Positions 9,683 through 21,183 of a stretch of 64,000 nt of DNA are shown here, in pieces. The stretch is from Escherichia coli O127:H6 str. E2348/69 (lineage in GTDB: Bacteria; Pseudomonadota; Gammaproteobacteria; Enterobacterales; Enterobacteriaceae): NCBI RefSeq assembly GCF_000026545.1, contig NC_011601.1, one strand, 5' to 3'. Position 1 is the first letter of the stretch, and every line of letters starts with the position of its first letter. A model generated the notes under the pieces. That model made no database searches. It was given only the letters and a program-made list of their open reading frames with translations, and had not been told where the DNA came from. The position numbers and the translations under genes are program-made.

Positions 9683-10414
9683 ATGGCGCTTTACACAATT
9701 GGTGAAGTGGCGTTGCTTTGTGATATTAACCCTGTCACGTTACGCGCGTGGCAGAGGCGTTACGGATTGCTGAAACCGCAGCGGACAGACGGCGGTCATC
9801 GGCTGTTCAACGATGCCGATATTGACCGGATCCGCGAGATCAAACGCTGGATCGACAACGGTGTGCAGGTCAGCAAAGTAAAAATGCTGCTCAGTAATGA
9901 AAATGTTGATGTGCAGAACGGCTGGCGCGATCAGCAAGAAACATTACTGACTTACCTGCAAAGCGGCAATCTGCATAGCCTGCGAACGTGGATCAAAGAG
10001 CGCGGTCAGGATTACCCCGCCCAGACACTCACCACACATCTGTTTATTCCTCTGCGCCGACGGCTTCAGTGCCAACAACCGACTCTCCAGACGCTGCTGG
10101 CGATCCTCGACGGCGTACTGATCAACTACATCTCTATTTGCCTGGCTTCGGCGCGCAAAAAACAGGGTAAAGATGCACTGGTGGTTGGCTGGAATATTCA
10201 GGATACCACTCGTCTGTGGCTGGAGGGCTGGATTGCCAGTCAACAAGGATGGCGCATTGATGTCCTCGCCCACTCGCTCAATCAACTACGCCCTGAACTG
10301 TTCGAAGGCCGTACATTGCTGGTGTGGTGCGGTGATAATCGAACCTCCGCCCAACAACAGCAACTCACCCGTTGGCAGGAACAAGGCCATGATATTTTCC
10401 CACTCGGCATTTAA
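9683..10414 (+). CDS. mlrA: MerR-family transcriptional regulator
   Basis: N-terminal MerR-type helix-turn-helix (YTIGEVALLCDINPVTLRAWQRRYGLL); 243 aa. Confidence 0.9.
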   Translation: MALYTIGEVALLCDINPVTLRAWQRRYGLLKPQRTDGGHRLFNDADIDRIREIKRWIDNGVQVSKVKMLLSNENVDVQNGWRDQQETLLTYLQSGNLHSLRTWIKERGQDYPAQTLTTHLFIPLRRRLQCQQPTLQTLLAILDGVLINYISICLASARKKQGKDALVVGWNIQDTTRLWLEGWIASQQGWRIDVLAHSLNQLRPELFEGRTLLVWCGDNRTSAQQQQLTRWQEQGHDIFPLGI

Positions 10415-10473
10415 TGATTCGTTAACAAATGCGCTTTACTGTACAATCCTTTCGTTAACATAAGGAGTGCATT

Positions 10474-10581
10474 ATGCGCATAGCTAAAATTGGGGTCATC
10501 GCCCTGTTCCTGTTTATGGCGTTAGGCGGAATTGGTGGCGTCATGCTCGCAGGTTATACCTTTATTTTGCGTGCTGGCTGA
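10474..10581 (+). CDS. yohO: Small membrane protein, 35 aa
   Basis: ATG 10474 with AAGGAG at 10462-10467; single hydrophobic helix ([35 protein letters not shown]); below the ORF-track size cut-off; 3' end overlaps yehW on the opposite strand. Confidence 0.7.
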
Positions 10582-11293
10582 ACGCCTGCACCAGCCTTTC
10601 AAACAGGCGGTCTGCGATGATCGCCGCCAGTGCCACCAGTAACGCCCCCTGGATCACATACGCGGTATTAAATCCGCTAAGCCCGATGATGATCGGCGTA
10701 CCCAGCGTGCTGGCCCCTACCGTTGAGGCGATCGTCGCCGTGCCAATGTTGATAATCACCGAAGTTCGCACGCCCGCCAGAATCACCGGAGCTGCCAGCG
10801 GTAGCTCGACCTTACGCAGTCGCTGACTACAGCTCATTCCCATGCCTTTGGCAACTTCGGTCACGCTGGCATCAATCGATCCCAGCCCGGCAAGTGTCGC
10901 CTGCAGGACGGGCAGCACACCGTAAAGGATCAAGGCGATAATCGCCGGTTGCTGACCAAAGCCGATCACCGGAACGGCAATCGCCAGCACTGCAACGGGC
11001 GGAAAAGTCTGTCCAACGGCGGCAATAGTTTCCACCAGTGGACGAAATTCCGCGCCCCAAGGGCGAGTGACAGCAATTCCGGCACCAGTACCAATGATCA
11101 CCGCAAACAAACTCGAAATTCCCACCAGCCAGAAATGAGCCAGTGCCAGAGCTGCAAAGCTTTCCTGCTGATAAACGGGTCGTGGCAGTTGTGGGAACAA
11201 GGCAGCAAACAGCGGCTGGCTGTAAGGCAGCCAGAAAATCAGCGCCACAAACAGAGCAATCAGCCAGAACAGCGGATCGCGCAACATCTTCAT
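10562..11293 (-). CDS. yehW: ABC transporter permease (osmoprotectant-type)
   Basis: Hydrophobic multi-pass ORF of 243 aa; last gene of the osmF-yehYXW operon. Confidence 0.9.
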
Positions 11294-11297
11294 ACGA

Positions 11298-12224
11298 TTA
11301 CGCCTCCTCCAGCAGATCCTGAAAATGCAGCGTGCCGCAAGGCTCGCCCTGCGTGTTCACCACCGGCAGCACCTCGCATCCCCGCGCGACAAACAGAGAA
11401 AGCGCATCGCGTAGCGTCATCTCTTCTGCCAGCGCCTCACCTTCTGCCCGTTCTTCGCGACGCACGTAATCTGCCACGCTACGTAACGAAAGCAGGCGTA
11501 CACCCAGCTCACTACGACCAAAAAACTGGCGGACAAAATCATTCGCCGGACGAGTCAGCATCGTCAGCGGATTACCCTGCTGCACCACTTCACCGTGATC
11601 CATCAATACAAGATGTTCTGCCAGCCGTAGCGCCTCATCAATATCATGAGTGACCAGCACAATAGTGCGCCCCTGCAAACGGTGAATGCGCGTCATCTCT
11701 TGTTGCAACGCGCCACGCGTTACCGGGTCCAGCGCGCCGAATGGTTCATCCATCAGCAAGACTTGCGGATCGGCAGCCAGCGCGCGGGCCACTCCCACAC
11801 GTTGCTGCTGACCGCCGGAAAGCTGATGCGGATAACGCTCACGCAAATCCGGCTCCAGCCCCAGTAGCGCCATTAATTCGTCGATACGATCGTCGATCCG
11901 CGCCCGTGACCATTTTTGCAATTGCGGCACGGTGGCGATGTTTTGTGCCACGCTCCAGTGGGGAAACAGGCCAATAGATTGAATGGCATAGCCCATCCGG
12001 CGGCGCAACTCCAGTACTGGCAGCGAGCGAATTTCTTCTCCGGCAAAGCGGATCACCCCGCTGTCATGCTCCACCAGGCGGTTAATCATTTTCAGGGTAG
12101 TGGATTTACCGGAACCCGACGTGCCAATCAGTACCGAAAAACTCCCTTCCTGAAAATTGAGATTGAGATCGTTAACGGCTTTTTGTGCGCCGAACAGTTT
12201 GCTGACATGGCTAAATTCAATCAT
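11298..12224 (-). CDS. yehX: ABC transporter ATP-binding protein
   Basis: Walker [13 protein letters not shown] signature LSGGQQQR and Walker B LLMDEP are all present; 308 aa. Confidence 0.92.
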   Translation of the reverse strand: MIEFSHVSKLFGAQKAVNDLNLNFQEGSFSVLIGTSGSGKSTTLKMINRLVEHDSGVIRFAGEEIRSLPVLELRRRMGYAIQSIGLFPHWSVAQNIATVPQLQKWSRARIDDRIDELMALLGLEPDLRERYPHQLSGGQQQRVGVARALAADPQVLLMDEPFGALDPVTRGALQQEMTRIHRLQGRTIVLVTHDIDEALRLAEHLVLMDHGEVVQQGNPLTMLTRPANDFVRQFFGRSELGVRLLSLRSVADYVRREERAEGEALAEEMTLRDALSLFVARGCEVLPVVNTQGEPCGTLHFQDLLEEA

Positions 12225-13374
12225 TACGTTTCACCTTCAGCAGTGCGATAAGCAAATCGAACAGCGCGTCGGTAAGCACCGCCAGAACAATTACCGGGAT
12301 CACCCCCAGCAACACTAAATCAATGGCACTGCTTAGCAGCCCCTGGAAAACCAGCGCACCAAAACCGCCTGCGCCGATTAACGCCGCAATCACCGCCATG
12401 CCAACGGTTTGTACCATCACCACCCGCAGGCTGTGCAGAAATACCGGTAACGCCAGCGGTAACTGAACATGCAGGAAACGCTGCACCCCGCTCATCCCCA
12501 TCGCTCTGGCGCTCTCCAGCACATCGCGCGGGATCTGGTTCAAGCCGACTACTACGCCGCGCACCAGCGGCAGCAAGGCATAGAGCACCAGCGCAATCAG
12601 TGCGGGTGTCATTCCGGTTCCTGCTATGCCGAGCATTCCCAGCCACGGAAAGGCCGTAACCAGCGCGGCAAGCGGCGCAATCAGCAGGCCAAAGAGCGCT
12701 ATCGAAGGCACGGTCTGAATGACATTCAGCAGAGAAAAAATCGCTCCCTGCCGCGCGGTGGAAAAGTAGCACCAGATGCCCAACGGCACACCAATCACTA
12801 ACGCAGGCAGCACCGCACCAAACAGCAACGTCAGATGTTGTGCCAGCGCGTCGTCAAACACATCCTGACGGTTGGCGTATTCTTTCATTAACGAGAGATC
12901 GTTAAGCGTGCCGGAGTACAGCAACCACAGCGGAATAATGGCAATCTGCATATGCAACAACCAGCGCCACAGCGGATGCGTGGAGATTCGGCGGATGGCA
13001 TCGCTACAGGCCAGCAGTGCCAGCGCCGCAGCCAGCCAGAAACCACTGCCGAGGCTGGTACGCGCCAGCGCACTGCCATTTTGCGCCAGTTGTGTCGCCG
13101 CCTTTCCAGCTCCCCACACCAGCAATACGAAGACGAATTGCGCCAGAATGAGTGCAAAAATGCTGCCTTTTTTAGCGGGAATAAAACAGGCTGTCAGCCA
13201 GGCGCAACCAACGCCCACCAGCATCCAGAGAGTTTGCGGCCACAGCTGCCAGAGATGACGCCCCTCACCCGAAACTAAACGATTAGGTGCGTAACTGATA
13301 AACGGCAGCGCCGCTGCGATTGCCGTCAGCAACAGCAGCAGCGCCAGAACAGGATTAATACGGAAATAAGTCAC
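12217..13374 (-). CDS. yehY: ABC transporter permease
   Basis: Hydrophobic multi-pass ORF of 385 aa; overlaps the yehX start by 8 nt. Confidence 0.9.
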   Translation of the reverse strand: MTYFRINPVLALLLLLTAIAAALPFISYAPNRLVSGEGRHLWQLWPQTLWMLVGVGCAWLTACFIPAKKGSIFALILAQFVFVLLVWGAGKAATQLAQNGSALARTSLGSGFWLAAALALLACSDAIRRISTHPLWRWLLHMQIAIIPLWLLYSGTLNDLSLMKEYANRQDVFDDALAQHLTLLFGAVLPALVIGVPLGIWCYFSTARQGAIFSLLNVIQTVPSIALFGLLIAPLAALVTAFPWLGMLGIAGTGMTPALIALVLYALLPLVRGVVVGLNQIPRDVLESARAMGMSGVQRFLHVQLPLALPVFLHSLRVVMVQTVGMAVIAALIGAGGFGALVFQGLLSSAIDLVLLGVIPVIVLAVLTDALFDLLIALLKVKRND

Positions 13375-13380
13375 GGGAAA

Positions 13381-14298
13381 TTACTTCGTCCACCCTTTTT
13401 GTTTCAGGTAGTCGGCTGCCACTTTTTTGGCATCCAGTCCTTCCACTGCAATGCTGGCATTCAGCTGCTGCAATGTTTTTTCATCGAGGCTGGCGAAGAC
13501 TGGCTGTAGCCACTGTGCTATTTGCGGATACTCTTTCAGCACCGACTCACGCACCACTGGCGCAGGCGCGTAGATAGGTTGCACGCCTTGCGGATCGCTT
13601 AAGGTTTGCAGCCCCAGCGCCGCAACCGGGCCGTCGGTGCCGTAAGCCATTGCGGCATTAACACCAGAAGTTTGCTGGGCAGCGGCTTTGATCGTCACCG
13701 CCGTGTCACCACCGGCCAGTGACAGCAACTGATCCTGACCGAGCTTAAAGCCATAGGCTTTTTCAAACGCGGGTAAGGCATCGGCACGTTCGATAAACTC
13801 TGCCGAGGCTGCCAGTTTGAAGTTGCCACCCTCTTTCAGATAACGACTCAGCTCGGCAAGCGAAGTGAGTTTGTTTTTCTCTGCCACATCCTGACGCACG
13901 GCGATGGTCCAAGTGTTATTTGCAGGCGCGGGCGTCAGCCAGATTAACTTGTTTTGCTCTGCATCGAGTTTTTTGACTTTCTCATAGCCTTGCTGCGCGT
14001 TTTTCCATGCCGTATCGTTTTCATCTTTAAAGAAAAACGCGCCATTGCCAGTATATTCCGGATAGATATCCAGCTCGCCAGAAGTGATCGCCCCGCGCAC
14101 TACGGGAGTCGTTCCCAGCTGCACTTTATTTACCGTAGGAACGCCGTGACTTTCCAGCACCTGCAAAATGATATTGCCGAGCAGCGCGCCTTCCGTATCG
14201 ATTTTTGAACCAACCTTAACGGGGGAAGCCGCCTGTAGCGGCAGGCTCACGGCTGCCAACAAAACCAGTGAACCTGCCCAGAGCTTTGAGAGTGGCAT
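13381..14298 (-). CDS. osmF: Periplasmic glycine-betaine-type substrate-binding protein
   Basis: Signal peptide MPLSKLWAGSLVLLAAVSLPLQA; 305 aa; first gene of the transporter operon. Confidence 0.9.
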   Translation of the reverse strand: MPLSKLWAGSLVLLAAVSLPLQAASPVKVGSKIDTEGALLGNIILQVLESHGVPTVNKVQLGTTPVVRGAITSGELDIYPEYTGNGAFFFKDENDTAWKNAQQGYEKVKKLDAEQNKLIWLTPAPANNTWTIAVRQDVAEKNKLTSLAELSRYLKEGGNFKLAASAEFIERADALPAFEKAYGFKLGQDQLLSLAGGDTAVTIKAAAQQTSGVNAAMAYGTDGPVAALGLQTLSDPQGVQPIYAPAPVVRESVLKEYPQIAQWLQPVFASLDEKTLQQLNASIAVEGLDAKKVAADYLKQKGWTK

Positions 14299-14440
14299 GA
14301 TGCTTTCCTCATTCTTTTACTGTTGTTTTCAGCGAATTAAGAGAAAAGCATAGTTGATAATGGCGGGGTTAGCCTGACAAGGCGGATTCAGTTGCAGAAT
14401 CAGATAAATACTTAAAAAGCATCTTTTGCCCGGCGTTTCT

Positions 14441-14478
<38 letters not shown>

Positions 14479-14487
14479 CATCGAAAA

Positions 14488-16785
14488 TTACAACAACTCA
14501 AACTCGGCTTTCTTAACGCGTGCGGAATCAGTGCCGATGAAGACATTGAACTTGCCAGGCTCGGCGTCATATTTCATCTGTTGATTCCAGAACTTCAGCG
14601 CCTCAATATCGATTGGGAAGCTGACGGTCTGAGTTTCGCCCGGTTTCAGGGTGATTTTCTCAAAGCCTTTAAGCTGCTTCACCGGGCGACTCATGGAAGC
14701 CGTCACATCCTGCAAGTACATCTGTACTACCGTGGCCCCTTCGCGTTTACCGGTGTTCGTCACCTGCACGCTGGCCGTCACTTTACCGTCACGCTTCATG
14801 GTCGGCGCAGAAAGTTTCACATCAGAGACGGTGAAAGTGGTGTAGCTCAGCCCATAGCCGAACGGATAAAGCGCCCCGTTAGCTTCATCAAAATAACGCG
14901 AAGTGTATTTGTTCGGCTTGTCGGCATTATACGGACGCCCGGTATTCAGATGGCTGTAGTACACCGGGATCTGCCCGACAGAACGCGGGAAGGACATCGG
15001 CAGCTTGCCGGACGGGTTATAATCGCCAAACAATACATCGGCAATTGCATTACCGCCTTCAGTCCCCGCAAACCAGGTTTCCAGAATCGCATCAGCCTGC
15101 TGCTCTTCTTTCACCAGCGCCAGCGGACGCCCATTCATCAGCACCAGCACCAGCGGTTTACCGGTGGCTTTCAGCGCCGCAATCAAGTCACGTTGGCTTT
15201 GCGGAATAGTGATATCGGTACGACTGGAAGCTTCGTGCGCCATCCCCTGAGCTTCACCGACCACAGCCACCACCACATCAGATTGTTTCGCGGTTTGCAC
15301 CGCTTCATCAATCATCTCTTGCGGCGAACGCGGATCAACTTTGACCGCCTCTTCATACTGATTCAGGAAATCGATAATGCCTTTGTCACTGGTAACGTTC
15401 GCCCCTTTGGCATACAGCACTTTACCGTTCTCACCGACGGCGTTTTTAATCCCTGTTAGCACAGTAACAGATTGATCGGCGACACCTGCCGCCGACCAGC
15501 TTCCCATCACGTCACGCTTGCTGTCTGCCAGCGGGCCAACCACCGCAATGGTTGCAGATTTTTTCAGCGGCAGCGTTTCGAGACGGTTTTTCAGCAACAC
15601 CAGGCTTTCGCGCGCCACTTCACGCGCTTCTTTGCGGTGCAGGCGGCTTTCGGCATTGGTATCCACCGGGTCAGACTCTTTCGGCCCCAAATGGCTGTAT
15701 GGGTCGTTAAACAATCCCATATCATATTTAACGTTCAGTACATGGCGGGCAGCATCGTCCAGCTCTTCCATCGTCACTTTGCCGGATTTGATCAACCCAG
15801 GCAGATACTTCGAGTAATACTCGTCGCTCATGCTCATGTTGATTCCGGACTTCAGCGCCACGCGTACCGCATCCTCTGGGTCTGCCGCCGTGCCATGTTT
15901 AATCAGCTCTTTGATTGCGCCGTGATCGGAAACGGTGATGCCTTTAAAGCCCCACTGGTCGCGCAGAACATCTTTCAGCAGCCAGGAGTCGGAGGTGGCT
16001 GGCGTGCCGTTCAGCGAGTTCAGCGCCACCATCACCGCACCGCTGCCTGCATCCAGCCCCGCTTTGTACGGCGGCATATAGTCGTTAAACAGGCGCTGCG
16101 GACTCATATCGACGGTGTTGTACTCTTTACCGCCTTCTACCGCGCCGTATGCGGCAAAGTGTTTGACGCTGGTCATCACCGAGTAACGATCTGCCGGGCT
16201 TTTACCCTGCATCGCTTCCACCATGGTTTTGCCCATTATTGAGGTGAGATACGTATCTTCGCCAAAACCTTCGGAAGCACGTCCCCAGCGCGGATCGCGC
16301 GAGACATCGACCATCGGTGCCCAGGTCATATTCAGGCCATCATCTGCCGCTTCATAAGCAGAGACACGCCCGACTGTTTTCACCGCATCGAGGTTAAAAG
16401 ACGAGGCCAGACCGAGACTAATCGGGAACACCGTGCGCTGACCGTGCAGCACGTCGTAAGCAAAGAAAAGAGGAATTTTCAGGCGGCTTAATTCCATCAC
16501 CTGATCCTGCATGGCGCGGATATCCTGACGGGTTACGGTGTTGAAAATCGCCCCAACCTGACCGTCTTTGATCATCTCGCGGATCGCCTCTTTCGGGTTA
16601 TCCGGGCCGACGCTGATTAAGCGCAGCTGACCAATTTTCTCATCAACTGTCATTTTCTTAAGCAGTTCGGTGACGAACGCATCCCGCGCTTCGGGCGTTA
16701 ATGGATGGTTGCCGAATAAATCATCCGCCAGTGCTGGCTGCAGGGCCAGACTCACCGCGATTCCTACTGAACATAGCCATTTCAT
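14488..16785 (-). CDS. bglX: Periplasmic beta-glucosidase, glycoside hydrolase family 3
   Basis: Signal peptide MKWLCSVGIAVSLALQPALA; 765 aa from that Met; the track ORF is 24 codons longer. Confidence 0.9.
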   Translation of the reverse strand: MKWLCSVGIAVSLALQPALADDLFGNHPLTPEARDAFVTELLKKMTVDEKIGQLRLISVGPDNPKEAIREMIKDGQVGAIFNTVTRQDIRAMQDQVMELSRLKIPLFFAYDVLHGQRTVFPISLGLASSFNLDAVKTVGRVSAYEAADDGLNMTWAPMVDVSRDPRWGRASEGFGEDTYLTSIMGKTMVEAMQGKSPADRYSVMTSVKHFAAYGAVEGGKEYNTVDMSPQRLFNDYMPPYKAGLDAGSGAVMVALNSLNGTPATSDSWLLKDVLRDQWGFKGITVSDHGAIKELIKHGTAADPEDAVRVALKSGINMSMSDEYYSKYLPGLIKSGKVTMEELDDAARHVLNVKYDMGLFNDPYSHLGPKESDPVDTNAESRLHRKEAREVARESLVLLKNRLETLPLKKSATIAVVGPLADSKRDVMGSWSAAGVADQSVTVLTGIKNAVGENGKVLYAKGANVTSDKGIIDFLNQYEEAVKVDPRSPQEMIDEAVQTAKQSDVVVAVVGEAQGMAHEASSRTDITIPQSQRDLIAALKATGKPLVLVLMNGRPLALVKEEQQADAILETWFAGTEGGNAIADVLFGDYNPSGKLPMSFPRSVGQIPVYYSHLNTGRPYNADKPNKYTSRYFDEANGALYPFGYGLSYTTFTVSDVKLSAPTMKRDGKVTASVQVTNTGKREGATVVQMYLQDVTASMSRPVKQLKGFEKITLKPGETQTVSFPIDIEALKFWNQQMKYDAEPGKFNVFIGTDSARVKKAEFELL

Positions 16786-16980
16786 ATGGATTTTTCTTCC
16801 TTTGTTGCCCGACGTGGCAGCGAAAATGGTGCAAAAACCGTAGTTTGCCATAAGCATGATGGAGAGAGAAAAAGAATGCTCAGTTTATTGTCTGAATTTT
16901 CAAAATATTCACTCGCTGAATTGTCATACAAGGCGCTATTCTAGTTTGTGATATTTTTTCGCCACCACAAGGAGTGGAAA

Positions 16981-18696
16981 ATGTCTTCCATGACAACAAC
17001 TGATAATAAAGCCTTTTTGAATGAACTTGCCCGTCTGGTCGGTCATTCACACCTGCTCACCGATCCCGCAAAAACGGCCCGCTATCGCAAGGGCTTCCGT
17101 TCTGGTCAGGGCGACGCGCTGGCTGTCGTTTTCCCTGGCTCACTACTGGAATTGTGGCGGGTGCTGAAAGCCTGCGTCACCGCTGACAAAATTATTCTGA
17201 TGCAGGCTGCCAATACAGGCCTGACCGAAGGATCGACGCCAAACGGTAACGATTATGATCGCGATATCGTGATCATCAGCACCCTGCGTCTCGACAAGCT
17301 GCACGTTCTCGGCAAGGGCGAACAAGTGCTGGCCTATCCGGGCACCACGCTCTATTCACTGGAAAAAGCCCTCAAACCGCTGGGACGCGAACCGCACTCA
17401 GTGATTGGATCATCGTGTATAGGCGCATCGGTCATCGGCGGTATTTGTAACAACTCTGGCGGCTCGCTGGTGCAACGTGGCCCGGCGTATACCGAAATGT
17501 CGTTATTCGCGCGTATAAATGAAGACGGCAAACTGACGCTGGTGAACCATCTGGGGATTGATCTGGGCGAAACGCCGGAGCAGATCCTTAGCAAGCTGGA
17601 TGACGATCGCATCAAAGATGACGATGTGCGCCACGATGGTCGTCACGCCCACGATTATGACTATGTCCACCGCGTTCGTGATATTGAAGCCGACACGCCC
17701 GCACGTTATAACGCTGATCCGGATCGGTTATTTGAATCTTCTGGTTGCGCAGGGAAGCTGGCCGTCTTTGCGGTACGTCTTGATACCTTCGAAACGGAAA
17801 AAAATCAGCAGGTGTTTTATATCGGCACCAACCAGCCGGAAGTGCTGACCGAAATCCGCCGTCATATTCTGGCTAATTTCGAAAATCTGCCGGTTGCCGG
17901 GGAATATATGCACCGGGATATCTACGATATTGCGGAAAAATACGGCAAAGACACCTTCCTGATGATTGATAAGTTAGGCACCGACAAGATGCCGTTCTTC
18001 TTTAATCTCAAGGGACGCACCGATGCGATGCTGGAGAAAGTGAAATTCTTCCGTCCGCATTTTACCGACCGTGCAATGCAAAAATTCGGTCACCTGTTCC
18101 CCAGCCATTTACCGCCGCGCATGAAAAACTGGCGCGATAAATACGAGCATCATCTGCTGTTAAAAATGGCGGGCGATGGCGTCGGTGAAGCCAAATCGTG
18201 GCTGGTAGATTATTTCAAACAGGCCGAGGGCGATTTCTTTGTCTGTACGCCGGAGGAAGGCAGCAAAGCGTTTTTACACCGTTTCGCCGCTGCGGGCGCA
18301 GCAATTCGTTATCAGGCTGTGCATTCCGATGAAGTCGAAGACATTCTGGCGCTGGATATCGCTCTGCGGCGTAACGACACCGAATGGTATGAGCATTTAC
18401 CGCCGGAGATCGACAGCCAGCTGGTGCACAAGCTCTATTATGGCCATTTTATGTGCTATGTCTTCCATCAGGATTACATCGTGAAAAAAGGCGTGGATGT
18501 GCATGCGTTGAAAGAACAGATGCTGGAACTGCTTCAGCAGCGTGGCGCGCAATACCCTGCCGAACATAACGTCGGTCATTTGTATAAAGCACCGGAGACG
18601 TTGCAGAAGTTTTATCGCGAGAACGATCCGACCAACAGTATGAATCCGGGGATCGGTAAAACCAGTAAGCGGAAAAACTGGCAGGAAGTGGAGTAA
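16981..18696 (+). CDS. dld: FAD-dependent D-lactate dehydrogenase
   Basis: 571 aa from MSSMTTTDNKAF; recognised as the membrane-associated D-lactate dehydrogenase. Confidence 0.9.
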   Translation: MSSMTTTDNKAFLNELARLVGHSHLLTDPAKTARYRKGFRSGQGDALAVVFPGSLLELWRVLKACVTADKIILMQAANTGLTEGSTPNGNDYDRDIVIISTLRLDKLHVLGKGEQVLAYPGTTLYSLEKALKPLGREPHSVIGSSCIGASVIGGICNNSGGSLVQRGPAYTEMSLFARINEDGKLTLVNHLGIDLGETPEQILSKLDDDRIKDDDVRHDGRHAHDYDYVHRVRDIEADTPARYNADPDRLFESSGCAGKLAVFAVRLDTFETEKNQQVFYIGTNQPEVLTEIRRHILANFENLPVAGEYMHRDIYDIAEKYGKDTFLMIDKLGTDKMPFFFNLKGRTDAMLEKVKFFRPHFTDRAMQKFGHLFPSHLPPRMKNWRDKYEHHLLLKMAGDGVGEAKSWLVDYFKQAEGDFFVCTPEEGSKAFLHRFAAAGAAIRYQAVHSDEVEDILALDIALRRNDTEWYEHLPPEIDSQLVHKLYYGHFMCYVFHQDYIVKKGVDVHALKEQMLELLQQRGAQYPAEHNVGHLYKAPETLQKFYRENDPTNSMNPGIGKTSKRKNWQEVE

Positions 18697-18701
18697 AAAT
18701 T

Positions 18702-18727
18702 ACGGATGGCAGAGTATCGCCATCCGT
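18702..18727. terminator. Hairpin (ACGGATGGC / GCCATCCGT) between convergent dld and pbpG; U-run on the minus strand
   Basis: 9-bp perfect stem read from sequence; the minus-strand transcript would continue into AUUUUUAC. Confidence 0.6.
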
Positions 18728-18734
18728 CATTCAT

Positions 18735-19667
18735 TTAATCGTTCTGTGCCGTCTGCCCCGCCGCCGCCATTTGGGCGGCTTTTTGTTTTTTATAGCTCAA
18801 CGCTGCTGCCGGAACAGGCATCACTTTACCGGTTTCAATCCAGGTACGCAGGCGGCTGGCATCGGCAAAATGGGTATATTTGCCAAACGCGTCCATCACT
18901 ACCAGCGCCACCGGTTTATTATTGATAACCGTGCGCATCACCAGACAATGGCCCGCCGCATTGGTAAAACCGGTTTTGGTTAACTGAATATTCCAGTTAT
19001 CACGATACACCAGATGGTTAGTATTGCGGAACGGCAGCGTATACGTCGGGTTAGAGAAGGTTGCCATATCTTCCCGGGTAGTACTTAACTGCCCGATCAA
19101 CGGATATTGTTTGCTGGCAATAAGTAGTTTGGTTAAGTCACGGGCGGTTGAAACGTTATGCACCGACAATCCGGTTGGTTCAACAAAGCGCGTGTTGTTC
19201 ATTCCGAGCGATTTCGCTTTCGCATTCATCGCCTTAATAAAGGCTTTGTAACCACCGGGATAATGGTGCGCAAGGCTTGCCGCCGCACGGTTTTCTGAAG
19301 ACATCAACGCCAGCAACAGCATATCTTTACGGCTGATTTCGCTGTTCAGTCGTACGCGCGAATAGACCCCTTTCATCTCCGGCGTCTGGCTGATATCCAC
19401 TTTTAGTTTTTCATCCAGCGGCAGTCGTGCATCCAGCACAACCATCGCGGTCATTAATTTGCTGATAGACGCAATCGGACGCACCAGATCCGGGTGGTTC
19501 GAATAGATCACTTTGTTGGTATTCAGATCAACAATCATCGCGCTACCGGAGGCAATTTCCGGTTGTGACACGGTGGTAGCGGCTGCCGTTTTCGCAACGG
19601 CCTGCGGTGCCAAAGGCACAGCCAGCATCAGGGCCAGGCTAAATAAAGAAACTCGAAATTTCGGCAT
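18735..19667 (-). CDS. pbpG: D-alanyl-D-alanine endopeptidase (PBP7)
   Basis: Signal peptide; SISK (SxxK) active-site motif; 310 aa. Confidence 0.9.
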   Translation of the reverse strand: MPKFRVSLFSLALMLAVPLAPQAVAKTAAATTVSQPEIASGSAMIVDLNTNKVIYSNHPDLVRPIASISKLMTAMVVLDARLPLDEKLKVDISQTPEMKGVYSRVRLNSEISRKDMLLLALMSSENRAAASLAHHYPGGYKAFIKAMNAKAKSLGMNNTRFVEPTGLSVHNVSTARDLTKLLIASKQYPLIGQLSTTREDMATFSNPTYTLPFRNTNHLVYRDNWNIQLTKTGFTNAAGHCLVMRTVINNKPVALVVMDAFGKYTHFADASRLRTWIETGKVMPVPAAALSYKKQKAAQMAAAGQTAQND

Positions 19668-19840
19668 GATGAGCATTCAGATAGTGGTTCACGCGCACGG
19701 GTTGCGCACCGCCGGAGTAAGGATTTACTGAGGCTAGCGACGCCATCATAACGAGCAAAAAGTGCGATCGTCAAAGAAGAATCGTGAGGAAATGCTGCAT
19801 TGCTGACATTTACGCCAGCAATGCAGCGCAAAAGAACTTT

Positions 19841-20428
19841 CTAGAACAAACGATAACCGTAGCCCCATAGTATAACGGTAAGGGCGAGCAGCACTTCCAG
19901 CACCAGCACGCCTATCGCCAGTGTCGAACTGGAGAAGCTAAGTCCTTCCTCTTTGTTGATATTCAGGAAGCTCGGAATACCGAGATACAGCAGGTAGCCG
20001 GTGTAAAACAGCGCCACCGTGCCGACCAGCGCACACAACCAGACCAGCGGGTAAAGCGCCACCAGACCGCTTAAAAACAGCGGAGTTGCAACGTAGCCCG
20101 CGAAGACCATGCAGTGCGCAAGTGACGGACGCTGCGGATAATTACGCGCCATCCACCAGATGACCCGCCCCATCACCGCAACCCCAGCCAGCATAACGCC
20201 GTAAAACAAGACAGCCAGCGCCAGTCCGGTAAACCAGGATAACTTCAGGATAGTGCCATCGCCAAAATTCCAGCCAATCTGTGTAGTGCCAATGAAGGCG
20301 CAAATCACCGGAATCGCCGCCATCAGCAAAACGTGGTGGGTGTAGTGGTGAGAAATCGTTTCGTTTTCACGATTAATCACCTGCATTTCACGATCGGGAT
20401 GGGAAAACAGACCCCAGACATGGCTCAT
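19841..20428 (-). CDS. yohC: Inner membrane protein, Yip1-like
   Basis: Hydrophobic 195-aa ORF from MSHVWGLF. Confidence 0.8.
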   Translation of the reverse strand: MSHVWGLFSHPDREMQVINRENETISHHYTHHVLLMAAIPVICAFIGTTQIGWNFGDGTILKLSWFTGLALAVLFYGVMLAGVAVMGRVIWWMARNYPQRPSLAHCMVFAGYVATPLFLSGLVALYPLVWLCALVGTVALFYTGYLLYLGIPSFLNINKEEGLSFSSSTLAIGVLVLEVLLALTVILWGYGYRLF

Positions 20429-20597
20429 ACCGCCCCCTTGTTGTGAGTTCATGAACCTGACAGTTCAAGTATAAGTCAGCTTGTGATTATTTTTTGTTCA
20501 CTCATGTAATTTGCACCGTCTGATGTACGTCCTTTTTCAGCGTGAATGATTCACAGGGTGTATGCTTACAGGCAAGCAAAGGGAGACAGACTGTCCT

Positions 20598-21176
20598 ATG
20601 GATCTCAATACACTCATCTCACAATATGGTTATGCCGCGCTGGTGATCGGTAGCCTGGCGGAAGGTGAAACCGTGACTTTGCTGGGAGGCGTTGCGGCAC
20701 ATCAGGGGCTATTAAAGTTCCCGCTGGTGGTACTTTCTGTGGCGCTTGGCGGCATGATTGGCGACCAGGTGCTTTATCTGTGCGGGCGGCGGTTTGGCGG
20801 CAAGCTGTTACGCCGTTTCTCGAAACATCAGGATAAAATTGAGCGGGCGCAGAAACTTATCCAACGCCATCCGTATCTGTTTGTCATTGGTACGCGTTTT
20901 ATGTATGGCTTTCGGGTCATTGGCCCGACGCTGATTGGTGCCAGCCAGCTGCCGCCGAAAATCTTTCTGCCGCTGAATATTCTCGGCGCATTTGCCTGGT
21001 CGCTGATTTTTACCACTATCGGTTACGCTGGTGGGCAGGTGATTGCGCCGTGGTTGCACAATCTCGACCAGCATTTGAAGCACTGGGTCTGGTTGATTCT
21101 GGTCGTGGTTCTGGTGGTAGGCGTGCGCTGGTGGCTGAAACGGCGCGGGAAGAAAAAGCCGGATCATCAGGCGTAA
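20598..21176 (+). CDS. yohD: DedA-family inner membrane protein
   Basis: 192 aa from MDLNTLISQYGYAALVIGSLAEGETV. Confidence 0.85.
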   Translation: MDLNTLISQYGYAALVIGSLAEGETVTLLGGVAAHQGLLKFPLVVLSVALGGMIGDQVLYLCGRRFGGKLLRRFSKHQDKIERAQKLIQRHPYLFVIGTRFMYGFRVIGPTLIGASQLPPKIFLPLNILGAFAWSLIFTTIGYAGGQVIAPWLHNLDQHLKHWVWLILVVVLVVGVRWWLKRRGKKKPDHQA

Positions 21177-21183
21177 AACTATT

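Noticed and set aside
10949-11653. 234-aa plus-strand ORF spanning yehW and yehX
   Set aside because: Antisense across a gene boundary with low-complexity composition; not coding.
12320-12772. 150-aa minus-strand ORF inside yehY in another frame
   Set aside because: Out-of-frame overlap with a clearly hydrophobic permease ORF; the Arg/Ala/Gly-rich translation is a GC-content artefact.
14581-16242. Long plus-strand ORFs (292 aa at 14581-15459 and 256 aa at 15472-16242) inside bglX
   Set aside because: They are antisense to a well-supported gene, have Arg/His/Phe-rich low-complexity translations and no ribosome-binding site; typical antisense frames of GC-rich coding sequence.
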